NCBI RefSeq assembly: GCF_003952005.1
Contig: NZ_QXGJ01000007.1
Span: 29,841 to 93,840 of the forward strand
DNA length: 64,000 bases
Source: Bifidobacterium callimiconis
Lineage (GTDB): Bacteria > Actinomycetota > Actinomycetes > Actinomycetales > Bifidobacteriaceae
Reading direction: 5' to 3'
This document shows, in pieces, positions 46,122 through 56,491 of this stretch (the stretch's first letter is position 1; every line of letters starts with the position of its first letter). The position numbers and the translations under genes were made by a program. Below the pieces are notes generated by a model. It was not told where the DNA came from and did not search any database. It saw nothing but the letters and a program-made list of their open reading frames with translations.

Positions 46122-47234
46122 ATGATGGGGGATCAGCATCACGAAGATCGATATCAGAACAGATATCGTGACGCATACGACGACCGTGATCCGCATGACG
46201 GACATTCTGCATACGACGATTCGGCCTTATCCGACCCCGCCGGAATCCCGCAACGCATTATCGACGCGCTCGCCGGTGTGCTGTCCTGCTCGCGCGACGT
46301 GATCGAACTGACCGTGACCGTACTGTGCGCGGGCGGTCATCTGCTGCTCGAGGACGTGCCAGGCGTGGGTAAGACCACACTCGCCCGCGCACTCGGCCAG
46401 TGCGTCGGCGGCACCGTGCACCGCATCCAGTTCACGCCCGACATGATGCCGTCCGACCTGACCGGCGTGAACGTGTACGATCAGCGCACGCAGCGCTTTG
46501 AGTTCCACCCCGGACCGCTGTTCGCCGACATCGTCATCGCCGACGAGGTGAACCGCGCCAACCCCAAGACCCAGTCCGCCATGCTCGAGGCCATGGCCGA
46601 ACGACAGATCAGCGTGGACGGCGTCACCCGCCAGCTGCCCGAACCGTATCTGGTGCTCGCCACGCAGAATCCGATCGAGCTCGAGGGCACGTATCCTCTA
46701 CCCGAAGCGCAGCTTGACCGCTTCATGGCCCGCACATCGATCGGCTATCCCACGCACGACGCCGAACGCGCCATGCTGCTCGGCACGCATGCCGGCGAAC
46801 CGCTGACCGATCTGCGTCCCGTGTGCTCCACGCTCGAGCTGGCCGACGTACTCGCCCGTGTGCGCGCTGTGCATGTGAGCGAGCCGGTGGCCGACTACAT
46901 CGTGTCGATCGTGCGTGCCACCCGCGATCATCCCGACGTGCGATTCGGCGCCTCGCCGCGCGCCGGACTGAACCTGCTGGCCATGGCCCGCGCCCGCGCA
47001 TACATCGACGGCCGTGATTTCGTCACGCCGAACGATGTCAAGACGTTGGCCGTCGTCGTGCTCGCGCATCGCCTCGTACCCCGTTCGATGACCGGATCGG
47101 TCGCATCCGCCGACCAGTGCGCACAGATCGTGGAATCGGTGCTGGAGTCGGTACCAGCGCCGAACGCCGGACGATCCGCCGCCTGGCAGTCCGGCCATTC
47201 GGCACGTTCCGCCCGATCGTCGCGGTCCCGATAG
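46122..47234 (+). CDS. MoxR-family AAA+ ATPase
   Basis: GHLLLEDVPGVGKTTLARALG (Walker A); ADEVNRANPKTQSAMLEAMAERQISV…; LATQNP. Confidence 0.9.
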   Translation: MMGDQHHEDRYQNRYRDAYDDRDPHDGHSAYDDSALSDPAGIPQRIIDALAGVLSCSRDVIELTVTVLCAGGHLLLEDVPGVGKTTLARALGQCVGGTVHRIQFTPDMMPSDLTGVNVYDQRTQRFEFHPGPLFADIVIADEVNRANPKTQSAMLEAMAERQISVDGVTRQLPEPYLVLATQNPIELEGTYPLPEAQLDRFMARTSIGYPTHDAERAMLLGTHAGEPLTDLRPVCSTLELADVLARVRAVHVSEPVADYIVSIVRATRDHPDVRFGASPRAGLNLLAMARARAYIDGRDFVTPNDVKTLAVVVLAHRLVPRSMTGSVASADQCAQIVESVLESVPAPNAGRSAAWQSGHSARSARSSRSR

Positions 47235-47249
47235 GCCCGGTGAACCGCC

Positions 47250-48455
47250 ATGCCCGTCATCCCGCCAGTCCTGCGCCACCGCGATGCGCCGTACCGACAC
47301 GGTATGGTGCGGCCGACCATGCGCCTGATCGTCATGCTGGCGCTCGCCGGCGTGGCGTTGTTCTTCGCGCTGGCGATCGACAGCGCCGCGCTCATGGCCT
47401 TCTCCATCGCCGTGCCCGTGCTGATGGCGGTGTCGCTGATGCTGGCGTTGTTGACGTGGATACTGATCCCGCACATTCAGGCTCCCCTCTCCGAGGGGAG
47501 CTGGCGCCGCAAGGCGACTGAGGGGAGTGATGGCTCAGGTGCTGCTCCCCTCAGTCTGCTGCGCAGACAGCTCCCCTCAGGGAGGGGAGCCAGAGGGATG
47601 GCGGCGGGATGGCTGATTCCGCGCGCGGTGCGTATTGAATATCAATGGTCGCAGCTGGATCAGCATGATCGGGTGATTCGTCGCATCCGTACCATCGACG
47701 AGCCGTCCGATCGGGGCCTGTACCACTTGGACGCCACGGCGATTACTTGGTTCGACGTATTTGGCCTGTGGAAGATCCGACGCCTGATTCGCGAGCGCGA
47801 CGGTCGTGACGAACTGCGGAATCCGCCGGACTCGTCCCTTGCCGATGCCGTCGGCGCCCAACCGATGTCGTCGAGAACCGGCCGTCATGACGACGCCGAC
47901 TCGGCCACGGTCCGGCGATACGAGTCCGGTGACCCGTGGCGCATGATCGCGTGGCGGGCGAGCGCGCACCGCGGCACGCTCATGACTCGCGAAGGCTCTC
48001 GCGACACGCGGTCCGACACGCTGATCGTGATCGACACGGCCACTACGCAAGACCTTGACGCATGCCTTGCCGCGGCGCTGCATCGATGCGTACGATTGCA
48101 CGCGGCCGGCGTGCGTGTGGCCGTGACGGACGGCGAGACGGTATACTCGAACGCCGATGCCATCGAACGGTTTCTGACGGCTGCCCAGTCGGGTGATCAT
48201 GACGTGACTGTCGAGGACCGTGCACGGTCCATCGCGGAGACGCTGAACCGCCTGACCGGATATGTTGCCGTACTGCTGACGCCGGAGTCGAATTCGGATA
48301 TCCCCACGGTTGTGCACACGACGGTGGAAACCTCTGGGGATTCCCAAAATCCCAACGAATCCCGCAATACGAAGAACGCCGGTGAATCCTCGGGGTTGAC
48401 GTTGGAGCAGGCGCTGAGAGCCGCGCTGCCGAAACGCCGTCTTTGCGTGGAGACG
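47250..48455 (+). CDS. DUF58-family protein (MoxR partner) with in-frame repeat-element insertion; 3' boundary not defined by a stop codon
   Basis: Two N-terminal TM helices; DUF58 signature RRYESGDPWRMIAWRASAHRGTLMTRE; reading frame continues without a stop into the transglutaminase-like gene. Confidence 0.55.
47477..47598. repeat. family-B repeat element embedded in-frame in the DUF58 coding sequence
   Basis: gctcccctctccgaggggagctggcgccgcaaggcgactgaggggag…gctcccctcagtctgctgcgcagacagctcccctcagggaggggagc; translated as …APLSEGSWRRKATEGSDGSGAAPLSLLRRQLPSGRGAR… with no stop. Confidence 0.75.
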
Positions 48456-51400
48456 ATGGCGGGGGAGCAGAATACGTGCGACGAGACGCGCAACAGAGCA
48501 TCCGATGATGTGAGTGAGGCTGCCCGCGGCAACGCGAAGACTTCTGATGCGCAGCGTAAGTTGCGGGCGCAGTCTCTCCCTCAGTCATACGACCGCGTGA
48601 CAGCGCCCTTATCGGAGGAAACGCCACACCAGTCTCCCTCTGATGGGGGCCGGCACGGCAGATCTGGGGAAGGGACTCCAACTCCCAGTACAGTGCAAAT
48701 AGCCAACACGGCCTGCCCCAGCGCATCTCCCATCCCCGCACGAATCGTCCAAGCCTTCGCCATACCGGCGTTGCTGGCGCTCGCTGTATGGCAGTCCAGC
48801 GCGCTGTTCGAGGCGGGCTGGTGGACGTGGTTCGCCTACGCCGTGCTGCCGATCGTCGGTCTGGAAGCCGTAATCCCCGCCAAACGCCGGCGAACCATAG
48901 CCCTACTTGGCGTGGCCACCGGTATTCTCGCCGCGCTCGCCGGTGTCGTCCTCGCCGTGCTGCGCATCCGTCAATACGATCTGCAGTCCGCCGTACAAAC
49001 TGCGTCCGCGTCCGCAAACGCATCAGCCACGTCCGGTGCCGCGGCATCGTCAATCCCAACGCCGTCAACCTCGTCAACGCTCGACACATTGCAGGGCATG
49101 AACGCCCAAAACCAGCCCGACGCGCTTCCCGCGGCGGAGAAAACCGGCTTCACCCATATTCTCGACGCGCTCGAATCCGGCGCCACCGAAATCTACGAAC
49201 AGTACGTGCCGGTCGTCATCAGCGGATATGCCGACGCGCTGCTTATCATCGCGGTCGCCGCCATCGCGATCGTTCTACGTCTGCTGCTCGCCGCCCGTCC
49301 GCTGCGCAACATCTGCACGATCCTGCCGATCGTCATCACCGCCGTGGCCTACGCGTGGGCCGGGCAGGAACTCGCCCTGCCATGGATCGCCGCTTGTCTT
49401 GCGCTTGGCGGCATCCTGCTGTGGGCCACGCACGACCATCGCACACGCATGCGCCCGCCGACGCCGATCATCGCATCCGTGCTCGTCGCGGCCATCGCCG
49501 TGGGATTCACGCCCATGGCCGTCACCGCCGCCCAACGCGTGGATATTTCGTTGGGTGATGGCGGCGGCGTGTTCTCCAACGGCACGATCAACCCGATGAT
49601 CGACCTCAAACGCGGCGTGAACCAGGCCGGCGCCACCACCGTGTTCACCTATACCGCCAACAAACGCCTGTACTTCCGTCTCGCCACGCTCGACGACTTC
49701 AACGGCGACACATGGTCGTTCTCCCAACGTCTCAGTGAACGCGGCGGATTCTACGGCGGCACGGCCGACGGTCAGACCGCATCCGAACCGGTCGACGGCA
49801 ACACCAGCGGCAGCGGCCGTTCCGGCTCGTTCGGCAGCGGCGGATTCCAATACTCGTCCTATTCGCCCTACAACCGGTTCGGCTATGATACCCCGCTCGA
49901 CCAGTATCTCGACATCCTCGGCGGTACCAAAACCGGCGGCCTGGAAAGCGCCGACTGGGAAGTCGACACCAAGGTGACCATCGACGCGCTCAACTCCCGC
50001 TTCCTGCCCGTGCCGTCCGGCTCCGTGGACACCAACCAGGTCACCTCATCCGGCGTCTGGCGTCGTGGCGGCGATTCGGCCTTCTACAGCACCAGCGAAG
50101 CCACCACGCCCGGCATGACCTACACCGCCAGCGGCACCTACATTCCGCCCATCCAATCGGCACAGGACTTCTCCACCATCGACGCACTCAACGCGGTGAA
50201 GGACAAGGCGAGCGAGGAGCGCACCTCACAGACCCTCCGCATTCGCATAGCCGACAACGATTCAGGCATCGTGACCGACACCAACGGCAAACGCATCGGA
50301 CGGTTCACGCAGGCCGGGCTCAAACTCGACGACAGCGTGATCGACGAATACGATCTGCAAGGCCGCTCCTGGCTGATCGGCATCCCCGACGTCGTGCCCA
50401 ACGACAGCGAAAGCACCGCCGGCATGACCGCGTACGAAGTGCGCGGCTACACCATCGAACTCAACCCCTCCGCATGGCTGATCCGTCTGATGAGCGGCAT
50501 GTACGGCGCGCTCGGCGCGGGAATGGAAAATCCAGACGGCGAGTTCGCGTTCCTCGTGCCGCCCCTGCAGACTCTGATCAACAACGACGGCACGATCGGC
50601 GGCGGCAGCGTGACTCAGGATGTCGAAAACGGCGACGTTACGTCGCAGAGCACGTCCGACTCGGGCGAAGTCATCGACGAGCAGATCCCCAACGGCTACG
50701 ACGAACTGCCGAACGCCCTGCCCAGCCAGGTGACGGCGATCGTCGACCAGGCCAAACGACAGGGCGTGCCGATCAACGGCTCCGGTGCCGAAAGCCAGAT
50801 CGCATCCATGGAATATCTGGTCAATTACTTCACCAACAACGGATTCACCTACTCGCTCAACGCGCCCGATGGATCCGGCCGCAACAACATGCAGGTGATC
50901 GGCGACTTCCTCGACCGCAAAACCGGCTACTGTGCGCACTACGCGTCCGCGCTCGCCGTGCTCGGCCGGGCCATGGGCGTCAAAACCCGCATGGTGCTCG
51001 GCTACGCGCCAGGCGGCGGCGCCTCCACCGACGGTTCCTACACGGTGGCCAGCAACCAGCTGCACAGCTGGGTGGAGGCGTACATCAACGGACTCGGCTG
51101 GATCCCCTTCGACGTGACCCCGGCCAGCGGCGACGACACCAGCGCGACCGTCGCCGCCGGACAGTCCTCCGCCACGCAAAACGCCGGAAACTCCGCCAGT
51201 TCTCAGTCGCCCTCCACGGAATCCTCCGGCTCCTCGTCGGCCTCGCAAAGCCCGTCGAGCGCGCCGTCCACAAGCGGTGCGAACAGCGACGGTGCGAACA
51301 AGAGCGGCAAAGCCAACAACAGCGACGGCAGTGGCGCAGACGATAACAGTCACGGACTGTCGTCGATGTTCGCCACGTTCAGCTGGTCGGGATTCCTCGC

Positions 51401-52031
51401 CTCGCGGGCGGTCAGAGCGCTCGGTGTCCTGATGCTGCTGGCGTTGGCGTATGCGCTCGTCACGGCCGGCATGTGGCTGCGCGCGTGGCGCCGACGTCGA
51501 CGACTGCGCGTGATCCGCGCCGGCGGGCCGGACATGTGGATCACGGCGTGGCGCGAACTGACCGATTCGGCATGGGATTGGTCAGTACGATGGTCGGCGA
51601 GCGCCACGGAACATGACATCGCCGAAACGATCATGCAATGGATGACCGGGTCGGCGGCAACCGCCGATCAGCCGGTGAACGTCACGGCCGAACCGGCAAG
51701 CCCCTTGACCGCATCGGTGGGAACCGAGGCCGCGCCAACAGGGGAGCGGTCCCCGAACGACGTCGCGATCATGCGTATCGCCGGTAACGCCGAATCCGAG
51801 GCCTATGGCAGTGCCGATCATTCACGTTCGACGTCGGCGGTGAACGCGGCGGTGAACGCGGCGGTGAACGCGGCGGACACCGAACCGGAGCAGGTCATCG
51901 TCATGATTGACGAACTCCGCACCGCATTGGCGAAATCCTGGGCCGGTCACGCCCGGTCATTGCCGCCTGCGATACGCGTCGTACGGTCGGTGTCGTTGCG
52001 GTTGATTCCGCGCTCGCTGTTCCGCCGATGA
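48456..52031 (+). CDS. transglutaminase-like (TgpA-type) membrane protein: DUF3488-like TM region, TGc core, C-terminal TM + DUF4129-like region
   Basis: ≥6 TM helices 48.7-49.5 kb; TGc motif …KTGYCAHYASALAVLGRAMGVKTRMVLGY…NQLHSWVEAYINGLGWIPFDVTP; start at GGAG-N4-ATG 48456 is a guess, no upstream stop in frame. Confidence 0.55.
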   Translation: MAGEQNTCDETRNRASDDVSEAARGNAKTSDAQRKLRAQSLPQSYDRVTAPLSEETPHQSPSDGGRHGRSGEGTPTPSTVQIANTACPSASPIPARIVQAFAIPALLALAVWQSSALFEAGWWTWFAYAVLPIVGLEAVIPAKRRRTIALLGVATGILAALAGVVLAVLRIRQYDLQSAVQTASASANASATSGAAASSIPTPSTSSTLDTLQGMNAQNQPDALPAAEKTGFTHILDALESGATEIYEQYVPVVISGYADALLIIAVAAIAIVLRLLLAARPLRNICTILPIVITAVAYAWAGQELALPWIAACLALGGILLWATHDHRTRMRPPTPIIASVLVAAIAVGFTPMAVTAAQRVDISLGDGGGVFSNGTINPMIDLKRGVNQAGATTVFTYTANKRLYFRLATLDDFNGDTWSFSQRLSERGGFYGGTADGQTASEPVDGNTSGSGRSGSFGSGGFQYSSYSPYNRFGYDTPLDQYLDILGGTKTGGLESADWEVDTKVTIDALNSRFLPVPSGSVDTNQVTSSGVWRRGGDSAFYSTSEATTPGMTYTASGTYIPPIQSAQDFSTIDALNAVKDKASEERTSQTLRIRIADNDSGIVTDTNGKRIGRFTQAGLKLDDSVIDEYDLQGRSWLIGIPDVVPNDSESTAGMTAYEVRGYTIELNPSAWLIRLMSGMYGALGAGMENPDGEFAFLVPPLQTLINNDGTIGGGSVTQDVENGDVTSQSTSDSGEVIDEQIPNGYDELPNALPSQVTAIVDQAKRQGVPINGSGAESQIASMEYLVNYFTNNGFTYSLNAPDGSGRNNMQVIGDFLDRKTGYCAHYASALAVLGRAMGVKTRMVLGYAPGGGASTDGSYTVASNQLHSWVEAYINGLGWIPFDVTPASGDDTSATVAAGQSSATQNAGNSASSQSPSTESSGSSSASQSPSSAPSTSGANSDGANKSGKANNSDGSGADDNSHGLSSMFATFSWSGFLASRAVRALGVLMLLALAYALVTAGMWLRAWRRRRRLRVIRAGGPDMWITAWRELTDSAWDWSVRWSASATEHDIAETIMQWMTGSAATADQPVNVTAEPASPLTASVGTEAAPTGERSPNDVAIMRIAGNAESEAYGSADHSRSTSAVNAAVNAAVNAADTEPEQVIVMIDELRTALAKSWAGHARSLPPAIRVVRSVSLRLIPRSLFRR

Positions 52032-52226
52032 CCGTTCATGATGAACGGAAACATCATGCGATCGGTTCCCGCACGGTGTGCAAACGATCATGCTGATGTC
52101 ATGAACGACGATTTTGCCGCATTTTTTGATACGGCACCCTTCAATTTCCCAGATAACCCGTGCATAATGAGGGCGATCGTCGCGCCTGAAACGGCAAGGC
52201 GACCACTGACATGAATCAGCAAGGAG

Positions 52227-52552
52227 GTGTCATGTCACAGCAGACTCAGGGGGAGACGCCTGACGAATCACAGGGGAAGACGCGGGGATTCACTGCCAGT
52301 CAACGGCAGTTGCTGGAGAGCCTGGACGCCGTCAGCCACGTTGATGCGCGGGGGAATATCCATTACACGAAAGAATTTTCCAAACACGCGATCGAGGAAT
52401 ACAGCCGAGGAAAAGGACCCAAGCAGATCTTCGCCGAAGCCGGATTTCCCTTGGAAATCATGGGATACAAGCGGATAGAGCGGGCCATGTACCGATGGCG
52501 ACACGCCTACGACACGCCGATTTGCGCACCTCGCAAAAATATGTTTATATAG
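52227..52552 (+). mobile_element. HTH/transposase-OrfA-like protein fragment (possible IS remnant) in a low-GC islet
   Basis: …YTKEFSKHAIEEYSRGKGPKQIFAEAGFP…YRWRHAY resembles the IS3-family OrfA HTH pattern; local GC clearly below the window average; directly upstream of a tRNA cluster. Confidence 0.3.
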
Positions 52553-52594
52553 CCGAGTTGCCGATCACGGAGGTCTTCCTCCGGGATGAGCAAT

Positions 52595-52676
52595 GGCGGA
52601 TTTCCCAAGCGGTCAAAGGGAGCTGACTGTAAATCAGCCGCTTCGTGCTTCAGTGGTTCGAATCCACTATCCGCCA
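52595..52676 (+). tRNA. tRNA-Tyr (anticodon GTA), type II with long variable arm
   Basis: Acceptor GGCGGAT/ATCCGCC; anticodon loop CTGTAAA; T-loop GGTTCGAATCC. Confidence 0.8.
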
Positions 52677-52677
52677 C

Positions 52678-52749
<72 letters not shown>

Positions 52750-52754
52750 CTCAT

Positions 52755-52828
52755 GGCGGGGTAGCTCAGCTGGTTAGAGCGTACGACTCATAATCGTAAG
52801 GTCAAGAGTTCGAGTCTCTTCCTCGCTA
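52755..52828 (+). tRNA. tRNA-Met (anticodon CAT; elongator vs initiator not resolved)
   Basis: GGCGGGGTAGCTCAGCTGGTTAGAGC…; anticodon loop CTCATAA; GGTC…TTCGAGTC T-arm. Confidence 0.75.
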
Positions 52829-52875
52829 CAAAACGTCGGAGAAGCCGGCGATGACACTATTATATGAGGTGAATG

Positions 52876-53043
52876 ATGGCAAAAAGCGCCGATATCCGTC
52901 CCGGCATCACGCTGGCCTGCACCGAGTGCAAAGAGCGTAACTACATTACGACCAAGAACCGTCGTAACACCCCGGACCGTCTTGAGCTGCAGAAGTTCTG
53001 CGCCCGTTGCGGCAAGAAGACCCTGCACCGCGAGACCCGCTAA
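52876..53043 (+). CDS. rpmG: 50S ribosomal protein L33 (55 aa; below the ORF-track length cut-off)
   Basis: [55 protein letters not shown]; tRNA-Thr/tRNA-Met/rpmG order as in many Actinobacteria. Confidence 0.85.
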   Translation: MAKSADIRPGITLACTECKERNYITTKNRRNTPDRLELQKFCARCGKKTLHRETR

Positions 53044-53067
53044 GGTTTACGCTTAGGCAAGACTTCA

Positions 53068-53102
53068 AATCCCGATCACCATACGGTGGTCGGGATTTTT
53101 TG
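53068..53102 (+). terminator. rho-independent terminator after rpmG (cccgatcacc…ggtggtcggg + TTTTTT)
   Basis: Read directly. Confidence 0.75.
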
Positions 53103-53174
53103 TATTTGCTTCGCTGATGACGGAGCCGCTGGCCAACAGTTGATGAGTACTCGGCATGGGCCTTGCTGGTGGCG

Positions 53175-53293
53175 TTCCCTCCCTCAGTCACGCTTTGCGT
53201 GACAGCTCCCTCCCTCGGAGGGAGCACGAGGATAAGGAGCGTGTGCTCCCTCCCGGGGAGGGAGCTGGCCGCCGCAGGCGGACTGAGGGAGGG
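53175..53293. repeat. family-A long repeat overlapping the annotated 5' end of the murB ORF
   Basis: ccctccctcagtcacgc…gcgtgacagctccctccctcggagggagc…gtgctccctcccggggagggagctggccgccgcaggcggactgagggaggg. Confidence 0.8.
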
Positions 53294-53306
53294 CTTACCT
53301 GTTGAT

Positions 53307-54530
53307 ATGGTGGGCCATATGACTTCTCCTACTTTTGCGGATCTGACCACCATCGGCGTAGGCGGATCCATCGCACGTTTCATTGAACCCGACTCCCGCG
53401 TGGGCGTGATTGAGGCCGTCGAGGACGCGGACGATCGCGGCGTGCCGCTGTGCGTCATCGGCGGCGGCTCCAACATGCTGGTCAGCGATGAGCCGTTCAT
53501 GGGATTCGTCGTCCGTGATGCGAGACGATCCATCGGTGTTCCCGACGAAGTTGCCCCTGTCGAAGGCGACGACCGCACCGTACACGTGAGCGCCGAGGCT
53601 GGTACGAACTGGGATGACCTCGTCGAATTCTGCGTGCGACTCGGTCTGGAAGGCGTAGAAGGACTGTCCGGCATTCCCGGAACCGTGGGCGCGTCCGTGG
53701 TGCAGAACATCGGCGCCTACGGCCAGGAGGTCGCCGACAGCGTGGATTCCGTAGAGGTGTGGGACCGTGAAACCAAGAAGGTCGTGGAACTCACACCCGC
53801 CGATCTGCATTTCGGATACCGCACGTCGGCGCTCAAGTCGAGCATGTACCAGGCGCCCGCAACGCCTGCCGACAAGTATTTCCCCACACCGCGATACGTG
53901 GTGCTGTCGGTCACGTTCGCGCTGCGTCACAGCGCCACCGGTGTGGTCAACGTCGGTCAGCTCGCCCGCGCGCTCGGCGTGGAGACCGGAACCCGCCTGG
54001 AAACGCAGGCCATTCGTGACGCCGTACTCGCCGTGCGTGCCGGCAAGGGCATGCTCGAGGATCCCAACCGTTACGCCTCGCCGTGGATGCGCGGCACCAA
54101 GGAGGACCGCACCATCGCGGCGGCCATGGATGCGCTCAAGGCCGTGAACGGGTCCACCGATCCCGACTACAACCGTCACAGCTGCGGCAGCTTCTTCATG
54201 AACCCCGTGCTCACCGCCGATGCGGCCGCCACCCTTCCCGAGGATGCTCCCCGATTCGCTGCGCCTCTGCCCGACGGCAGCGGCACGCAGGGAGTGAAGA
54301 CCTCCGCTGCCTGGCTGATCGATCATGCCGGATTCCATAAGGGATTCGCCGTGCGCGAGGGCGCCGCCGCGTCGCTGTCCACCATGCACACGCTGGCGCT
54401 CACCAACCGTGGATCCGCCACCGCAGCCGACGTGGCCGAACTCGCCCGCACCGTGCAGAACGGCGTCGAATCCGCGTTTGGCGTGCGTCTGGTGCCCGAG
54501 CCCGTGGCCATCGGCATCGATCTGCGCTGA
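53307..54530 (+). CDS. murB: UDP-N-acetylenolpyruvoylglucosamine reductase
   Basis: FAD-binding …PLCVIGGGSNML…; start placed after the repeat at MVGHMTSPTF. Confidence 0.85.
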   Translation: MVGHMTSPTFADLTTIGVGGSIARFIEPDSRVGVIEAVEDADDRGVPLCVIGGGSNMLVSDEPFMGFVVRDARRSIGVPDEVAPVEGDDRTVHVSAEAGTNWDDLVEFCVRLGLEGVEGLSGIPGTVGASVVQNIGAYGQEVADSVDSVEVWDRETKKVVELTPADLHFGYRTSALKSSMYQAPATPADKYFPTPRYVVLSVTFALRHSATGVVNVGQLARALGVETGTRLETQAIRDAVLAVRAGKGMLEDPNRYASPWMRGTKEDRTIAAAMDALKAVNGSTDPDYNRHSCGSFFMNPVLTADAAATLPEDAPRFAAPLPDGSGTQGVKTSAAWLIDHAGFHKGFAVREGAAASLSTMHTLALTNRGSATAADVAELARTVQNGVESAFGVRLVPEPVAIGIDLR

Positions 54531-54857
54531 GTCGCACGCGACCGCTTTGACCATCGGTCGTTGATCGCGGACGTGGGTTTTCGGTCGTTGATCTTCGGCC
54601 GCTAACCATCATGAGGCCCGTCGGGAGGTGCTCCCGAGGGCTTCATGCTGTCTCTGGCGGTCTTCGCTTACCCTGCGAAACCGCTCCGGAACCGTTCCGA
54701 AAAACGATTGACGTCCCATATTGCGGACGTAACCGGCGCGTTGCCGGCAAATCCCCGCTCGTTTACTTGTTTTTTCACAATTCTTGTCTAATCTCTTCAA
54801 GGAACTACAACGGGAAGGCCTTGCAGCATCGCAGGTCCACTCCGGGAGAAGGACTAT

Positions 54858-56372
54858 ATGAATCTTTTACGAACCAAGACGGTCGAACAGACCCTCGCCG
54901 AAACCGATGAGGCCGACCGTAAACTCAAGCGCAATCTGAAATGGTGGGATCTGGCCATCATGGGCGTGGCCGTCGCCGTGGGCGCGGGCATCTTCTCCGT
55001 GGGCGCCCAGGCCGCCGCCTATCACGCCGGTCCCGCCGTGATCATCAGCTTCGTGATCGCCGGCATCGTGTGCGGTGCGGCCGTGATGTGCTACGCCGAA
55101 TTCGCGTCGATGATCCCCGTGGCCGGATCCGCATACACGTTCACCTACACCACGGTCGGCGAGATCGTGGCATGGATCATCGGCTGGGATCTGATCCTGG
55201 AGATGCTCATGGCCGGCTCCGTGATCTCCAAATACTGGGGCGTGTATCTCAACGACTTCTTCCGTCTGATGGGATGGAATCTCAACACCAACATCCAGAT
55301 CGGCTCGTTCGCGCTTGACGTGGCGCCGATCATCATCGTCGCGTTCTTCACCACGCTGCTCGTGTACGGCACCCGACTCGGCGCCCGCGTGGACGGTGCG
55401 ATGACCGTGCTCAAGATCGGCATCGTGTTCTTCGTCGTCATCGTCGGCTTCTTCTACGTCAAGGCGTCCAACTTCACGCCGTTCATCCCGCCGGCCGAAC
55501 CCGCGTCCTCCATTCAGACCGCCTCGTCCGAAGTGACCGGCATCTGGGCGCAACCGCTGTGGCAGTGGGCCACCGGCATGACCCCGTCCATCTACGGCAT
55601 CCCGGGCATCCTGTCCGGTGCCGCGCTCGTGTTCTTCGCGTTCATCGGCTTCGACGTGGTGGCCACCGCCGCCGAGGAGACCGACAACCCGAAGAAGGCC
55701 GTGCCGCTGGGCATCGGCACCGGCATGCTGCTCATCATCATCATGTACGTGGCCGTGGCCGTCGTGACCACCGGCATGGTCTCCTACAAGGACCTCGCCA
55801 AGGCGCAGAGCCCGTCGCTCGCCACCGCATTCGAGCTGGTGGGCGCCAACTGGGCCGCCAAGATCATCAGCTTCGGCATCGTGCTGGGTCTGGCCACCGT
55901 GGTCATGGTGCTGCTGCTCGGCCTCACCCGCATCGTGTTCGCCATGAGCCGTGACGGTCTGCTGCCGCGCGGCCTGTCCAAGACCGGCGTGCACGGCACC
56001 CCGGCCGTGCTGCAGGTCGTCTGCGGTGTGATTGTGGCTCTGGTCGCCGCGTTCTTCGACATCGGTGTGCTGTCCGACATGGTGAACATCGGTACGCTGT
56101 CCGCGTTCACCCTGGTGGCCATCTCCATTCCGATCATGCGCAAGAAGCGCCCCGATCTCAAGCGTTCGTTCACCATGCCGGGCAACCCGTGGATTCCGAT
56201 CCTCATCGGTCTGGCCAACCTGTGGCTCATGCTGAACCTCACCGTACTCACCTGGGTGCGTTTCGTGGTGTGGCTGATCGTCGGCTTCGCGATCTACTTC
56301 TCCTACGGATACCGCCACTCCCGTCTGGGCCTCGACCAGCTCAAGGGCGACATCCCCGCCGAGCTGCGCTAG
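54858..56372 (+). CDS. APC-superfamily amino-acid permease
   Basis: …WWDLAIMGVAVAVGAGIFSVGAQAA…AGSAYTFTYTTVGEIVAWIIGWDLILE…; RBS gggagaagga. Confidence 0.85.
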   Translation: MNLLRTKTVEQTLAETDEADRKLKRNLKWWDLAIMGVAVAVGAGIFSVGAQAAAYHAGPAVIISFVIAGIVCGAAVMCYAEFASMIPVAGSAYTFTYTTVGEIVAWIIGWDLILEMLMAGSVISKYWGVYLNDFFRLMGWNLNTNIQIGSFALDVAPIIIVAFFTTLLVYGTRLGARVDGAMTVLKIGIVFFVVIVGFFYVKASNFTPFIPPAEPASSIQTASSEVTGIWAQPLWQWATGMTPSIYGIPGILSGAALVFFAFIGFDVVATAAEETDNPKKAVPLGIGTGMLLIIIMYVAVAVVTTGMVSYKDLAKAQSPSLATAFELVGANWAAKIISFGIVLGLATVVMVLLLGLTRIVFAMSRDGLLPRGLSKTGVHGTPAVLQVVCGVIVALVAAFFDIGVLSDMVNIGTLSAFTLVAISIPIMRKKRPDLKRSFTMPGNPWIPILIGLANLWLMLNLTVLTWVRFVVWLIVGFAIYFSYGYRHSRLGLDQLKGDIPAELR

Positions 56373-56491
56373 CGCCTCCTGAAGGCTCTCCTCAGTCCAC
56401 TACGCCGTCCCTGTTATGGGGGCGGCGTAAACTATATGTTCAGTATGTGAAACGCCGCGGGGATGTGCGGCGAGACTGAAGGAGGTCGACT

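Noticed and set aside
45864-46125. Several 60-80-aa ORFs and the inverted repeat ctctttggggcgcc…cgccccaaagagc between groES and moxR
   Set aside because: There are no RBSs or motifs. The inverted repeat has a ~45-nt loop and no T-run, so it is not a convincing terminator. Left unannotated.
47250-52031. Treating the whole 1593-aa ORF as one ordinary gene
   Set aside because: The domain content corresponds to two normally separate proteins (DUF58, TgpA-like). It is reported as two features with the missing stop flagged, not as a single confident gene.
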